DNA of 63,997 nt, filler included, from Diploschistes diacapsis (lineage: Eukaryota): NCBI GenBank assembly GCA_023645945.1. It is 8 parts of 8 records of this genome, joined end to end, with 100 filler letters (N's around TTAATTAATTAA, not from the genome) between each part and the next. Parts side by side here need not be neighbours in the genome. Positions count along the whole stretch, not along the records: positions 48,442 to 56,392 come from JALAIB010001219.1; positions 56,493 to 63,997 come from JALAIB010001277.1; 6 more parts are not named here. The stretch is one strand, 5' to 3'. Positions 48,342 to 60,300 of this stretch are shown here, one piece after another (positions within the stretch are counted from its first letter, which is position 1; every line of letters begins with the position of its first letter). The notes under the pieces are model-generated. The model was not told the origin of the DNA, did no database searches, and worked only from the letters and a program-made list of their open reading frames with translations. The position numbers were made by a program, and so were the translations under genes.

Positions 48342-48441
48342 NNNNNNNNNNNNNNNNNNNNNNNNNNNNNNNNNNNNNNNNNNNNTTAATTAATTAANNN
48401 NNNNNNNNNNNNNNNNNNNNNNNNNNNNNNNNNNNNNNNNN
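48342..48441. other. Artificial contig spacer 6
   Basis: N44-TTAATTAATTAA-N44. Confidence 0.98.
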
Positions 48442-48894
48442 GATGTGGGGTTTGTGGGGAAAGTGAGGGGAGATTTTGGGTTTTTTTTTTGGGTTGGATT
48501 TCAGCAAGGAGTGGGTAGGGGAGGCCGTGGAGAGAGGTAAGTACATGCAAGAATATCAGGATGCTATTCCTGGATAGGTGACCCAGAGTACTCATTAGTG
48601 TAGAATATATGGAATCTTTATGATATTATTGCTAGGAAGGGTTTGGGCCGGAGCACAATTTGACCTCCTTTCATTCAATCATACTTTTTTTTACTCAGTA
48701 CAGATTTCTTGGAAGCCTTTTATCGGGCTTCGATACACTAAAATACAAACAACTAAGAGAAGAGGAACCGAACCCGCATCACTCATAACCCAGCAGTAAC
48801 CATTGCCTTCCCAGACGCCTTCATCAATGCTACCGGAATGCCGTCACCGCTTCCCGAAACGCGTCCGCTGCCATCAGGTTAGTCACGTCCCACT

Positions 48895-50093
48895 TCAACG
48901 TCTTCCCCCAGAGAACATATACTCACCATACCCTGTCGCGAACCCACACTCCCCCTCTTCCCTCACCTTTATCGCTTCAGGCAACCACTCCACCATCTTC
49001 CCGATCCTATCCCGATCCGACGGATGCGTCGACAGGAACTGCGGCACCCGACTCCCTGGTCCTCCGTGCTTCTGCATCCTCTCCCACAGCCTCACCGCTT
49101 CTTGCGGATCGTAACAGCTTTTTGCCATCATCAACAAGCCCAGATAATCTGCCTCTCTTTCTTGGGCGCGGGAGCCGGGTTTGTTGAAGGCTAGGTCGAG
49201 GACGAGGGTTGGGAGGTCTTGGGAGGTGCCGAGGGCGAGGGCGAGGGCATAGCCGGTGAGCACGAGGATGGAGACGCGGGAGAGGTTCTCGGCGACGTGG
49301 TGGGCGAGGTTGTGGGCTATTTCTAGAAGGGGGGTCAGACGGCTATTTGGGTGATAACGGGTATGGGGACAGTACCGTGGCCAAGGACGGCGGCGAGGCC
49401 ATCTTCATTTTGACAGATGCCTAGGATGCCGGTGTTGACGAAGACTTTGTTGCTGTGCTTTGTTAACCCAATTGATCTTGTTCTCCACCAAGGTCGCGGA
49501 ATCCCTCCTTCATAGCGTGCTTCGTAGCACAGGCGGCATCACGCGAAAGCCGCCATCAGAACGCAAAGAATATCCCAAACTCACCCCGGCATAACAAACG
49601 CATTTGGTTCCTCCGCTTTCACGACCCGAATCTCCCACTGCTCCCTATCGTGAATCCCACTGTTCGGAATCAACCGCTCCAACACCCTCGCCACCATCCT
49701 CGTCTCTGGGGCCCACTCCGGTAGTATCTTCCCCTTATTTTCCGCCAACACTTGCCGCAGACCATCTTCTGCCAGCTTCTTTTCCCATTCCGGACTCACC
49801 CAGTTGAAGCGCCGCCGCCCAGAACCCGGCACGGTTTCGAGGTGTGTAACGTAGAAGACTATGCCGCCAGCGCTGGTAACGGCGAGCGTAGCGCGAAAGG
49901 CCGGGCTGCTCTTCCAGAGACTAGACACATAGCCGAGTCTATTGAAGCGGCTGTACTGATTTTGTCGAGGTGAGCCGCCGTACGCGGCGCGGGGTTGGGT
50001 TCTAGTATGGGGAGAGGAACGTGGCATTGCCCGCGGACGGAGGAGTGGAGAGGCGCGTGTTGCCGAGCGCCACCTCGCGCTGGAAAGCATCAT
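48895..50093 (-). CDS. OMA1: Mitochondrial M48 metallopeptidase Oma1, 3 exons
   Basis: HLETVPGSGRRRF; PNAFVMPG|NKVFV; AAVLGH|EIAHNLAHH (HExxH split by an intron); SRAQEREADYLGL; PQFLSTHPS. Confidence 0.9.
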
Positions 50094-50436
50094 AGGAACT
50101 GGACTTGTTGATATAAAGACATCCGCTTCAGTGAAAGTCCATCTCTCGGAGCAGAGACGAGCCGCCCAATTGTCATCGTGAAGAAGGTAACATGCTTTGC
50201 GAGGAACAAGTTATGTAGGGATGAAGTAGCCTTCGTGAGCTTCCACGGCTTATCGATAAGCTCCAAGCACGCTAGTCCCCGTTGAGTAGAAGTGGGTTTT
50301 GCTACCCCTTTTGCCTCGCCAAAGGGTATCATTCATTCTATCAAAAATGCCTCTAGATCCAACAGCATGTCTGATGCGACTTGCACAGACCCCTTACACT
50401 GTTTATACATAGCTTGGAAACAAATTCCTCAAGAGC

Positions 50437-52785
50437 TCAAAGTATAAGGTCATTCGCTCCATTCACCAGTCTCCCTCCCGAGCCAGCTCCATTGACCATA
50501 TCGAGTACTTTCGACCCCTTCACTTTGGCCAAAATCTCGTCAAGACAACCCGCGCTAGCTGCTACAAATCCAAGATACGGTTTGGACGGCTCCAACACTC
50601 GACTGAGGTATTCCGGATGGAATTGAACGCCCACATACCAGGGATGGTCTTTTAGCTCGATAATTTCCATTCGCTCACCCTGGTCGTCTTTACCAACAAA
50701 GGACAGGCCATGGGCAGCTAGCTGCTTGATGAACGCAGGGTTGACTTCGAATCTATGCCTGTGGCGCTCCAAAATTATCGGGGCTTTTGCGTCCGAAGTG
50801 GCCGATAGCGGAGGTGACGAGCCATTGCCGGTATGGCCATTGACCAAGACTCTCTTTGACATAGAATTTCCATATAACGCCCTCAGCTTACTCCATTCGC
50901 TGCCGATCTGGAAATGCGTCTCTCGGAGTCCCAATCGCATTGTTCCCCCTAATCTCTCCCTTTTGCCCTCTGGCATGTGGATAATGACATGCTCTGATGG
51001 TACTTCTTCTATCTCTTCGGTGCCGGCAGTAGCTATGCCACACATGTTCCGAGCGTACTCAATAACAGCAAGCTGCATTCCACTGTATTTATTAGCACTT
51101 TAGCAATCGCGGCAGATGGAGCAATCGCTTACAAGCAGACCCCAAGATAAGGTACTTTATTCTCTCTGGCGTGCTTTGCCGCCGCTATCATGCCTTCTGT
51201 ACCACGAAGGCCAAATCCTCCGGGAACAAGGATACCTTCGGCAGAGGTGACCTCATGCCAGGCTTTATAGAATTCGGCTGGTGAACTCGCTTGCACACTC
51301 GTCTCGAGAAGCGATGCATCCACCCAAAGAATTTCAAGCTTGCGGTTACACTCCATGCTCGCGTGCTCCAGAGACTTAACAACCGAAAGGTAAGAGTCAT
51401 GTAGCGAGGTGTACTTTCCGACGAGAGCTATCTTAACCGTTGCGGGAGGGTGAATATTCAAGGCCGTTGTCTCTTTCCACTTTTCCCAGATTGCAGCGCC
51501 ATTCTTCTGATACTCGGGACGAATCTCCAGCGTGTCAAGCTTAAGGACCTCATTCAGCGTGCCTATTAAGCCTTGTTCTTCCAGATGCACAGGTACTCGG
51601 TATGTGGAAGGCACATTGTGCACAGCCAAGACTTGCTCAGAATCTACCTGTACATGGTCATGTTAGATAGCACTGAAGGGCGCCTCGATCTAATACGTAC
51701 CTGGCAATACATTGCGATCTTGTCTGTTGTGGATTTCTCGAGCTTCGTTTCGCACCGACAAGCGATCTAAAGAGTCAATATACAACCTCTGAATAAGGGA
51801 AAGACGTACCAGATCAGGGCTCAGCCCAGCGCTTCTGACATCCTTAATAGCCTGCTGGGTTGGCTTGGTTTTTTGCTCGCCGCTAACTAGTGGTACAAGG
51901 GATACGTGTGTGTGGAAGAAATTGTTCTTCCCAGCTCGTCTTCGGAGTTGCCGCATCGCTTCAATGAACGGAGCGTTTTCTATGTCACCAACCGTTCCAC
52001 CGAGCTCGATAATACAGATATCGGGCTTTTCCTTTGTGTCGTCCACGGCTACCTCAGCATATTTCTCTATCCAGTCTTGTATGGCGTCCGTTAAATGTGG
52101 GACGACCTAAAGCAGATTTAGGAGCAGACATAGAGGCTGGAACGCATGAGAAGTTATGTTACCTGAACTGTGCGGCCAAGATACAGGCCCTTTCGTTCTG
52201 CTTCGATGACGTGCTGATACATCTTGCCCGTCGTTATATTGTTGTTGCGGCTGAGAGTGATATTAAGATATCGCTCATAGTTACCCTTCGTTTTCAATTA
52301 GTGAAACTAGGGAAGGAAGGAAACATCTTACCAGGTCCAAATCGACCTCTCCACCGTCGTCTAGCACGTAGACCTCACCGTGCTCAGTCGGTGCCATTAA
52401 GCCCGCATCTATGTTCATGTAGGGGTCAATCTTTATAGCCGTAACCTAATTAAAACAAAGAAGCTTAGCATATACATATTGCTATATCTAAGTTGATGTT
52501 GAAGTCTCACCTTAAGTCCAAGAGTCTTGAGCAGCAGGCCGGTGGAAGAGGCTAGACCTCATGAGTAATTTACCACAAATGACAGACCTAGACTTACCAA
52601 TAATGCCCTTTCCAATGCCGCTACATGTACGTTAGTATTTATGCAATGTATGGAGATTTGCAGTCCATACCTGATGACACCTGCGTAACAATCAGCAACA
52701 ATCAGCAACAATCAGCAGCAATCAGCAACTTTGCATTTCTCCACAAGCTACTTGACTTACCTCCAGACACCAAGACATATTTCAT
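50437..52785 (-). CDS. URA7: CTP synthase, 10 exons including microexons 52671-52680 (10 nt) and 52598-52620 (23 nt)
   Basis: [83 protein letters not shown]. Confidence 0.96.
52689..52728. repeat. Four copies of a 10-bp tandem repeat (caatcagcaa) in URA7 intron 1
   Basis: caatcagcaa caatcagcaa caatcagcag caatcagcaa; reads TTGCTGATTG on the coding strand. Confidence 0.9.
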
Positions 52786-52928
52786 CGTCACAGATGCGAT
52801 AACCCGTGATATCTCTGTTTATAGTGCCGTCCCTGGCTTTTGCCAGGGAGAAAGAAGGAAAAAGAAACCAAGACTCTGTAAACTCGGTTAAGAATGTCCA
52901 GTACACGTGTTTCCGCGTTGTGCACCTG

Positions 52929-52952
52929 ACGCGTTGAGTGCTTTCTGAGTCA
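52929..52952. promoter_or_regulatory. MCB (ACGCGT) and Gcn4/CpcA-type (TGAGTCA) sites upstream of URA7
   Basis: Exact motifs about 145-165 bp upstream of the ATG; the region is shared with the divergent F-box gene. Confidence 0.4.
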
Positions 52953-53196
52953 TTGTAGTCGACACGTTACCTGTAACTACAAGGCATTTGGGATGGGAAC
53001 AACAAGATACGATGGTTTACTTTCTGCTATCCAACCGGTGATAAAACTGTAAACATACAGAGGTAATAGAATAGTGTGGCCACGCCACCACTACGCTCAC
53101 GCGTATGTACAGCTGAAGTACTCCCACAGATTCTATCCTTCTTCCTGTTACGAACACGCGGTACTTCCGAACGCACTATTCAACTTATACAGAACA

Positions 53197-54443
53197 ATGT
53201 CTTCGACCAACCTTAGCTCTCTTCCGACCGAGCTGATTGTACAGATCCTGTCAATGAGCAGCAGGCGCACGCTAAGTGCTTGTTCCCGCATAAATCGTTT
53301 CTTTAGAGCTGTTACCGAGCCCCTGCTGTACAAGGAAATCGAGCTCGTATGGGAACGGCTCAAACCACACCTGTGGCTTCTTGTTCGCAGTCTCATGAGA
53401 AGCCCGAGCCTTGCATTGCAGGTTGAAGGCATTATGTTTACAATCGAGGATTCAGACTACTACCAATTTCGACGATCATACAGTCGCTTGCCGCCTATGA
53501 GTTATAGCCAGGAGGACATAGACGGTGCAGCCTCTGTAGCACATGCTGCGAGAATAGATAATGTGGAAGGATGGAGGAGAAAGCTCCTCTATGGCAGTCT
53601 ATCCGCATGCATTCCCATTTATTGCAATGTGCCCCTAACTTGCGATCCTTGCGGCTCCATCATGCCTTCCAAACTAATATGCAATTCGCAAATCAAGTCT
53701 TCAAAGAACGCAGGCTGCGGCCGCTCGACGTCGCTCCCTTTCTAAGAAAACTTCGCAGCATTCAGTTCGGCGAGGTCTCTCACTTCTCCAAGGACAAAGA
53801 CAACCTGCCCAGCATTGTTGACCCCAGCTGCTACACGCCCAGTAGCCGCTTTGATGGCGCACCTATTTTGGATTGCCTCTATCTGCCCGCCCTTGAATCC
53901 TTGGAAGTATGCTGTCAGCTGGCCATTGCTTTTGCATGGCCTCAAGAGCCTCCCTGCGCGTCTGAGCTGAAAACTTTAGTTCTGCAGCATAGCAAGGTCC
54001 CGATCAAGGCCTTTGAACAGTTACTCCTCGCAACGCCGAATCTAGAAACGTTACATTACAGCTGCTGCTACTATGGCATGCCCGCCGACGAAGAGGCGTT
54101 CTACGAACCAGCTCGTATGCGGGAGGCCCTCAAGGCAGTCAGTTCATCTCTTCGTCACTTGTTCTTGTCTACAAATTATGCATCGTTCGGTGGTATTACC
54201 AAAGAGCAAAGGAAGGGCATTGGGTCTTTAAAAGGGATGCGAGTGCTCCGAACTCTCAAGATATCGCTACATGGACTTGTCGGTTTTGACTTTTCCGCGG
54301 CGGAGCCTGATCTGGGACCGATGCTTCCTGCATCCCTTGAGCAGTTAACCCTGCTAGACGATTGTCAAAGCCTAGACCCACTAGCTCGGCAGATAATCCG
54401 ACCCACATGGCATAAGCCATATCACATGGCCCAGGTCAGTTAG
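53197..54443 (+). pseudogene. F-box/LRR-like gene with an apparent frameshift near 53614-53622
   Basis: F-box LSSLPTELIVQIL..LSACSRINRFFRAVTEPLLY in one frame. The LRR-like LLQCAPNLRSLRL..TPNLETLHY..LPASLEQLTL continues in another frame with no convincing intron. Confidence 0.6.
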
Positions 54444-54716
54444 CCGTAGATATTGAAGATTTGATGGTGTGTTTAGAAGTACTCCATGTTCATGAAGGAA
54501 CAATGTTGGATTGGATACTGGATACTCCGGGACTGCCCCGGCTATATATGCACGGGTTGTGTGGTGGAAATGGTGTTATAGCTGCACCGTTCCGTTTATA
54601 ATGACCCAGACATAGCTGTTGAGCCAGTTGCATAACTGATAGCATTTCGGATCTGGCGGGGTGGAGCCCTCTTAAGCTACTTCCGTTTCACCCTATATCT
54701 GTGATTCGTGAGCAGG

Positions 54717-55748
54717 TTACCATATAGGGAAACGACTCTTAACCAACAAAAAGATAGCCCCATAACTCTTCCTCTCGCTTCGTCCGATCACGATCTCCTG
54801 GACAGAGAACTTCTTCTTCAAGACTGCGACGAATCTCATGTCTGCTTTTCTCCGTTTCTTCATACAAAAATAGCAGACCGAATGTTGAGCTAGAGCAGTT
54901 GCGCCATCACTCGCTTGATTACCGAGCAGTTCCTGCAGAGTCTCAAGCAACAGAGGAAACGCGGGCTCAAAGTAGACACAGTCCGCCGCCAAAATGATAT
55001 CCGGATGCCTATACTTTTCTGGAATCGTGTCTGGAAGCGATGATCCCCACGGCAATGATGCGGAAAGAGCAGAACCGGTGAGACTATTGAGTGCAATGTT
55101 CTGTTCTTGCAGCGGAAGAAGTTGAGGGAGGTCCGTGATGAGAATCGCTGGGTCCAGGGGGGCTTCAGATGATGAATATGGGTGTGTGAGCGCCAGAGCA
55201 AGCGCTAGTCTGGTTGTATCTTAGCAATGGGCCTAGGGGATAGGATGATAGATCAATCTAGGTAGGGGAAGACCGAAGTGAAGCTTAGCACCCACCCTAC
55301 AAGGCCTCCTCCTGCCCCCAACTCAAGACTATCGAGCTATCAGCCTTTTGCAATCCTCCTTCCCTAGTACTCTCGTCCCACGAATAGCCTAGCCCTATAC
55401 CATCCATTTGTGGACTCAGACTCTTGACCCAGCTCTGAGGAACTCAACAAACAACTCAACTCACATGACCTTTCCCCTTAATTCTCTCACGTCTTTGAGC
55501 AAATACTCCGCCAGCACCATGCCCGCAGGCCACAACTGGCCGCCGCACCCTTCCTTAAGATCCTCATGCAGTAGCAACGGCGGGTCGAGTAGACCCGAAA
55601 AGGAAATCGATGTCTGGCCGGCGGTTTTGGCCGGCCGCACGGGGACGAGGGCTTCTGTTATGGAGAGGGGTGAGAAGTCGGGAGGGGAGGAGGTGGATAG
55701 TGAAGGCGAGGGAGGATGGGAGGACGGACAGGCCCTGCTGTCGCTCAT
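54717..55748 (-). CDS. EFM6: Protein-lysine N-methyltransferase, Efm6/METTL21-like, 3 exons
   Basis: LHEDLKEGCGGQLWPAGMVLAEYLL; LELGAGGGLVG; ITDL; LPWG; DIILAADCVYFEPAFPLL; YFCMKKRRKAD. Confidence 0.85.
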
Positions 55749-56392
55749 GCTGCGCGGCTGGCACTCAGGTATGGGGTGGGAGGAGGGGGGTTAATACGGC
55801 CTGATGGGTTGATGGGTTCAGTTAGAGCTTCCGCATTCTTTATTCAGGTCATTGTGCGGCTGTCATGCTAAGTTTTTCACGGATTTTGGAGGTTCTCGGG
55901 AATTTCAGAGACGTTGAGAGCTTCACATGTCGAGGCATTTCGATTTCCCCGAATTTGGGTTCTTCTGTAAGTCGATTTCTTTTAGATTTCAGATTCCACC
56001 TCTGTATAGTTCTAAGGTCTTTTAAGGATCCAAGGATAACTAGATAGACTCTTGACGCACCTTTCGTTTCTTTGAATTTAATTTGAGTTTTTGAATTTGC
56101 GACACTGGCTACCCCTTTGCTTGTCACGATTGCAAAACAAAAGAAACATCTCACAACTTGCCTAATTTATACTTATCATTTCGTCTCCATCTCCAACTCC
56201 ATCAGACCTCCATCTTTCTAGCCCTCAAAGAATGGCCACAATCCACCTCTTCTCACTCTCCTTCTCCGATCCGTCCGCTCAATCCTCCCTGCAGTCCTCC
56301 ATCCTCCCCTTGCCACCCTCCACATCCCTTCACTTACCTTCCACCTCCACACCCTCCATACCGTCCACTTGCCCCCACCAGACCTCCCATCC

Positions 56393-56492
56393 NNNNNNNN
56401 NNNNNNNNNNNNNNNNNNNNNNNNNNNNNNNNNNNNTTAATTAATTAANNNNNNNNNNNNNNNNNNNNNNNNNNNNNNNNNNNNNNNNNNNN
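56393..56492. other. Artificial contig spacer 7
   Basis: N44-TTAATTAATTAA-N44. Confidence 0.98.
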
Positions 56493-57143
56493 GATATTAC
56501 GTAATATTTTTAAACGTTTTATTAAACGTTTAGAAATTATTTACGTATAATTAGAACTCGTTAAAATCCGTTATAATTATTCGTAAAATATCCGCGACGA
56601 TAAAAAGACGCGTTTTTTACGTCGAGAAATCCGTAAAGAAATTATAAAATTTTCTCGTAATAAATAACGATAATAAAGGAAGGCGAGGACGAACGGGCGC
56701 GACGGACGCGGCGAGCGCGGCGAAGATAAGCGAAATAAAAACGATAAGAAGAACGGAAGAAGAAACGGAAGAGGAAACGATATTTTCACGATTTAAAATA
56801 ACGACGAAAATATCGTAAAATATACGGTTTTTAAGATCCAGTTCGTCGTCGTTATTAATATTAACGATCACGTTAAACGTAACCGTATCGGCGATAAAAA
56901 ACGTAAAACGAATAAATAAAAAAACATTTATTATATTTAAAAAATAATTAAAAAGATAAAATTAAAAATAATAAAAAAAATATATAAATCGCGTAAAAAA
57001 TAAATAAATATAATTAGGAAGAAGGATGATTTCATAGATACTTATAATTACAGATAAATTTAGATAATTAAGAAAGTATTTATAGAACCATGGTACTCAT
57101 CTTGTAATTTATATGTATAGTAGGCAGAATAGCACTTGCCCTG
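56493..57143. mobile_element. Second copy of family E RIP-degraded transposon end (inverted)
   Basis: Reverse complement begins cagggcaagtgctattctgcctact.., matching tagggcaagtcttattctgtctact.. at 47371. Confidence 0.8.
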
Positions 57144-57376
57144 CTGGGCTGCCTCACGCGGGATCTGCCGCTTACGTTTCAGGCGCTCAGAAATGGACCG
57201 CTATATCAATCGAGAGCTCTGAGAACACGGAAGCTGTATGGAATATTGTTGAGACATGCAACTGGGAGGGAGCAGAGTTGGTTTTTAATTCTGCTTATGC
57301 CCACTGCATTCACTCCCATCTCCCCAATCCTGAATTACGTCTCGACCATGTTCTAACCCCGGCTAGTCTCAGCACA

Positions 57377-60300
57377 ATGAATAGAAATGAAATCGCATCA
57401 CCTAACGCACCTCAAAAATCTTTCAGCAATAGCACAAGTGCCGATACAAGAGGGGAAACCCCGGAATCCACAGCTAGCGAGAGCAGAGAAACTCCCTACC
57501 GCCTATCGAAAATTCAGACAAGTCGGAGCAGGGAGCAGGACGGGGAATCGGAGGTCTCAAGCAGAGCTTCACAGGATGTCCCCAAGAATGGCTTCTTTAG
57601 TCCTCATGATGGACCCATTGGAGAGCATGAGGATCGAGAGCCTGAAACAGTACCAGAAAATCATGGTGGTGAAGAGCAGACTCCAAGGGCGGAGGAAGAG
57701 GGAAAGCACTTGTCTCCTTCGGAGTCGACCCCAACAACGACTAATGGGGACTCTCAAGATTCCAGGCCAGATGAAAGTGCACCAAACGAAGCCTCTGGCC
57801 AGGCAGAGCTTCCCGCAAGACCAGTTCCATCACATATGAGGCGCTCATCTACTGTTCCTTCAATGGTGTTCGTGGTAACTGCGCTAGAAAATATTGCCTC
57901 ATCAAAGGAAGCGCGAAAGAGAAAGGGGCTTGGCGACTCGGTACAGACAGCTCTGAACGCTATCAAGCAGAATGAAGCTCTAAGCCCTGAGACGATTTTT
58001 GAGCCATTGCGACTTGCTACAGAAACAGGCAGCATACCTTTAACGACCAATGCGCTCGACTGCATTGCCAAGCTCATTACCTACTCCTATTTTGCCATGC
58101 CCGCTGCCCTGCCGATGCCGGATGAAAAGCAACCTATACCGCTGATTGAAAGGGCTATCGACACGATTTGCGATTGTTTCCAGGACGAGGCTACGCCACC
58201 TGATGTACAGCTACAGATTATGAAGTCGTTGCTTGCTGCCGTTCTAAACGACAAAATCATCGTACATGGTGCAGGTTTGCTGAAAGCAGTACGGCAAATC
58301 TACAATATCTTCCTACTTTCGAGGTCTGTTCCGAATCAGCAAGTAGCGCAGGGAACGTTAACGCAGATGGTTGGCACCGTTTTTGAACGTGTCAAGTTGC
58401 GCCTAGCTCAGAAGGAAGCTCGTCTGAATTTAAGCAACGGCGCGTCCGGACGAAATACCGCAAATGGAAGCCAGAGTGACCTAAATGGGACTATCGTGGT
58501 GACTGAGGCTGACGGGAACAACCACGATGTTGATGTCGAAGGCTCGTCCGAAGCAGCGTCTACCAGCCAGTCTAATGCCGAGCCGAGTGAAAAATTGACT
58601 CTTCAGAGCTTCGAGCATTCGAAAAATTTCGATGATACCAGGATAGGGGATAATGTTCCGACCATGGTTACCAGAGCGCCTACGCCTTTGAAAGCACGAC
58701 GAACCGCTTCTGGAAGCCAGATCAATGGCGAAGAAGGACATACCTCGACAGAAGAAGATGATGAAGATGAGATCTATGTCAAAGATGCCTTTTTAGTCTT
58801 CAGATCCATGTGCCGGTTGAGCACGAAGATACTACCACAGGAGCAACTTCAGGATTTACGATCACAGAACATGCGGTCCAAACTCATCTCCTTGGCCATC
58901 ATTCGGACGTTGATGAATAACAACATGGAAGTATTTGTCTCTCCACTCGTTACGATTCAAGGTAGCGCAAATAACGAACCGACGTCCTTCGGCTCTGCTG
59001 TAAATCAATACTTGCGTTTGGCATTAAGCAGAAATGGCTCTTCTGCGGTGAAGCAGGTTTTTGAGACCAGCTGCGAGATATTTTGGTTGATGCTGAAAGA
59101 CATGCGCGTGATGCTGAAACGAGAGATAGAAGTCTTCCTCAAGGAAATTTACTTTTCAATCTTGGACCGCCGGAACACCCCCAACTTCCAAAAGCTGTAT
59201 ATCATGAGAATCCTAAGGCGAGTGGCCAATGAACCTCGAGCGCTGGTGGAAGTTTACCTGAATTATGACTGCGATCGAACAGCGCTTGATAACATGTTTC
59301 AAAAAACCATTGAACATTTGTCAAGATTCTGCACAACCCCAGTTACAATTTCGCCTCAGCAACAGCAACAATGGCAGGACCAGCAAACAAGGGATAGTGC
59401 GGGTGACTTTGAATGGCGAGAGGCCGGAAAGATCCCGCCGCCACTTACTACTGCTGCTCTAAGCCATCACCAGAACCAAGAGACTGATGTTCCTACCGAG
59501 TACATCCTTAAACAGCATTCTCTTGAAGCGCTCGTGCGGACCCTGCGCTCATTGGTGTCATGGTCTCAGGAAACTATGGCAGCATCCGCTATTAAGCCTT
59601 TGGAGCAAGCTTCGCGTTCATCATTAGATGATCCTCGGAAATCGCTTGAGCGAATGCAACAAATTGGCAACTCTCCGAGAGTGTCAGTTGCGGACATTCC
59701 ACTAGCTCCTTCGACGCCGTTGCTCGATGATGATCCTAGCCAGTTTGAGAAAGCTAAGCAAAAAAAGACCGCCTTAATAAACGGCATTCGTCTTTTCAAT
59801 TTCAAACCTAAGCGAGGAATCAAAGCATTGATCGACAATGGATTCATTGCAGACGATTCCCCCGAGAGGATTGCGCAATTCATAGCTCAGAGCGAGCAGC
59901 TGGACAAGACAATGATTGGAGAATACCTAGGAGAAGCTGATCCGCAGAATGTCGCAATAATGCATGCTTTTGTCGATACTATGGATTTCGCGAAGCGGAC
60001 CTTTGTCGATGCACTGCGTCAATTTCTCCAAAGCTTCCGTTTACCAGGTGAGGCCCAGAAAATTGATCGATTTATGTTAAAGTTCGCGGAGCGGTATATA
60101 ACCGGAAACCCTCAAGTGTTCGCAAACGCAGACACGGCCTACGTTTTGGCCTATTCCGCCGTTATGCTGAACACGGACCAGCATAGTAGCAAGATCAGGG
60201 GCGCTACCAGGATGACTAGAGAGGATTTCATCAAGAACAATCGTGGTATAAACGATAATGCCGATTTGCCCGATGAATTACTGACCGAAGTTTACCATGA

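Noticed and set aside
8681..52785. Apparent functional groupings: Cox14-like/COX10/OMA1, ADE1/URA7, TACC/Ppc89-like
   Set aside because: Members lie on different, artificially joined contigs.
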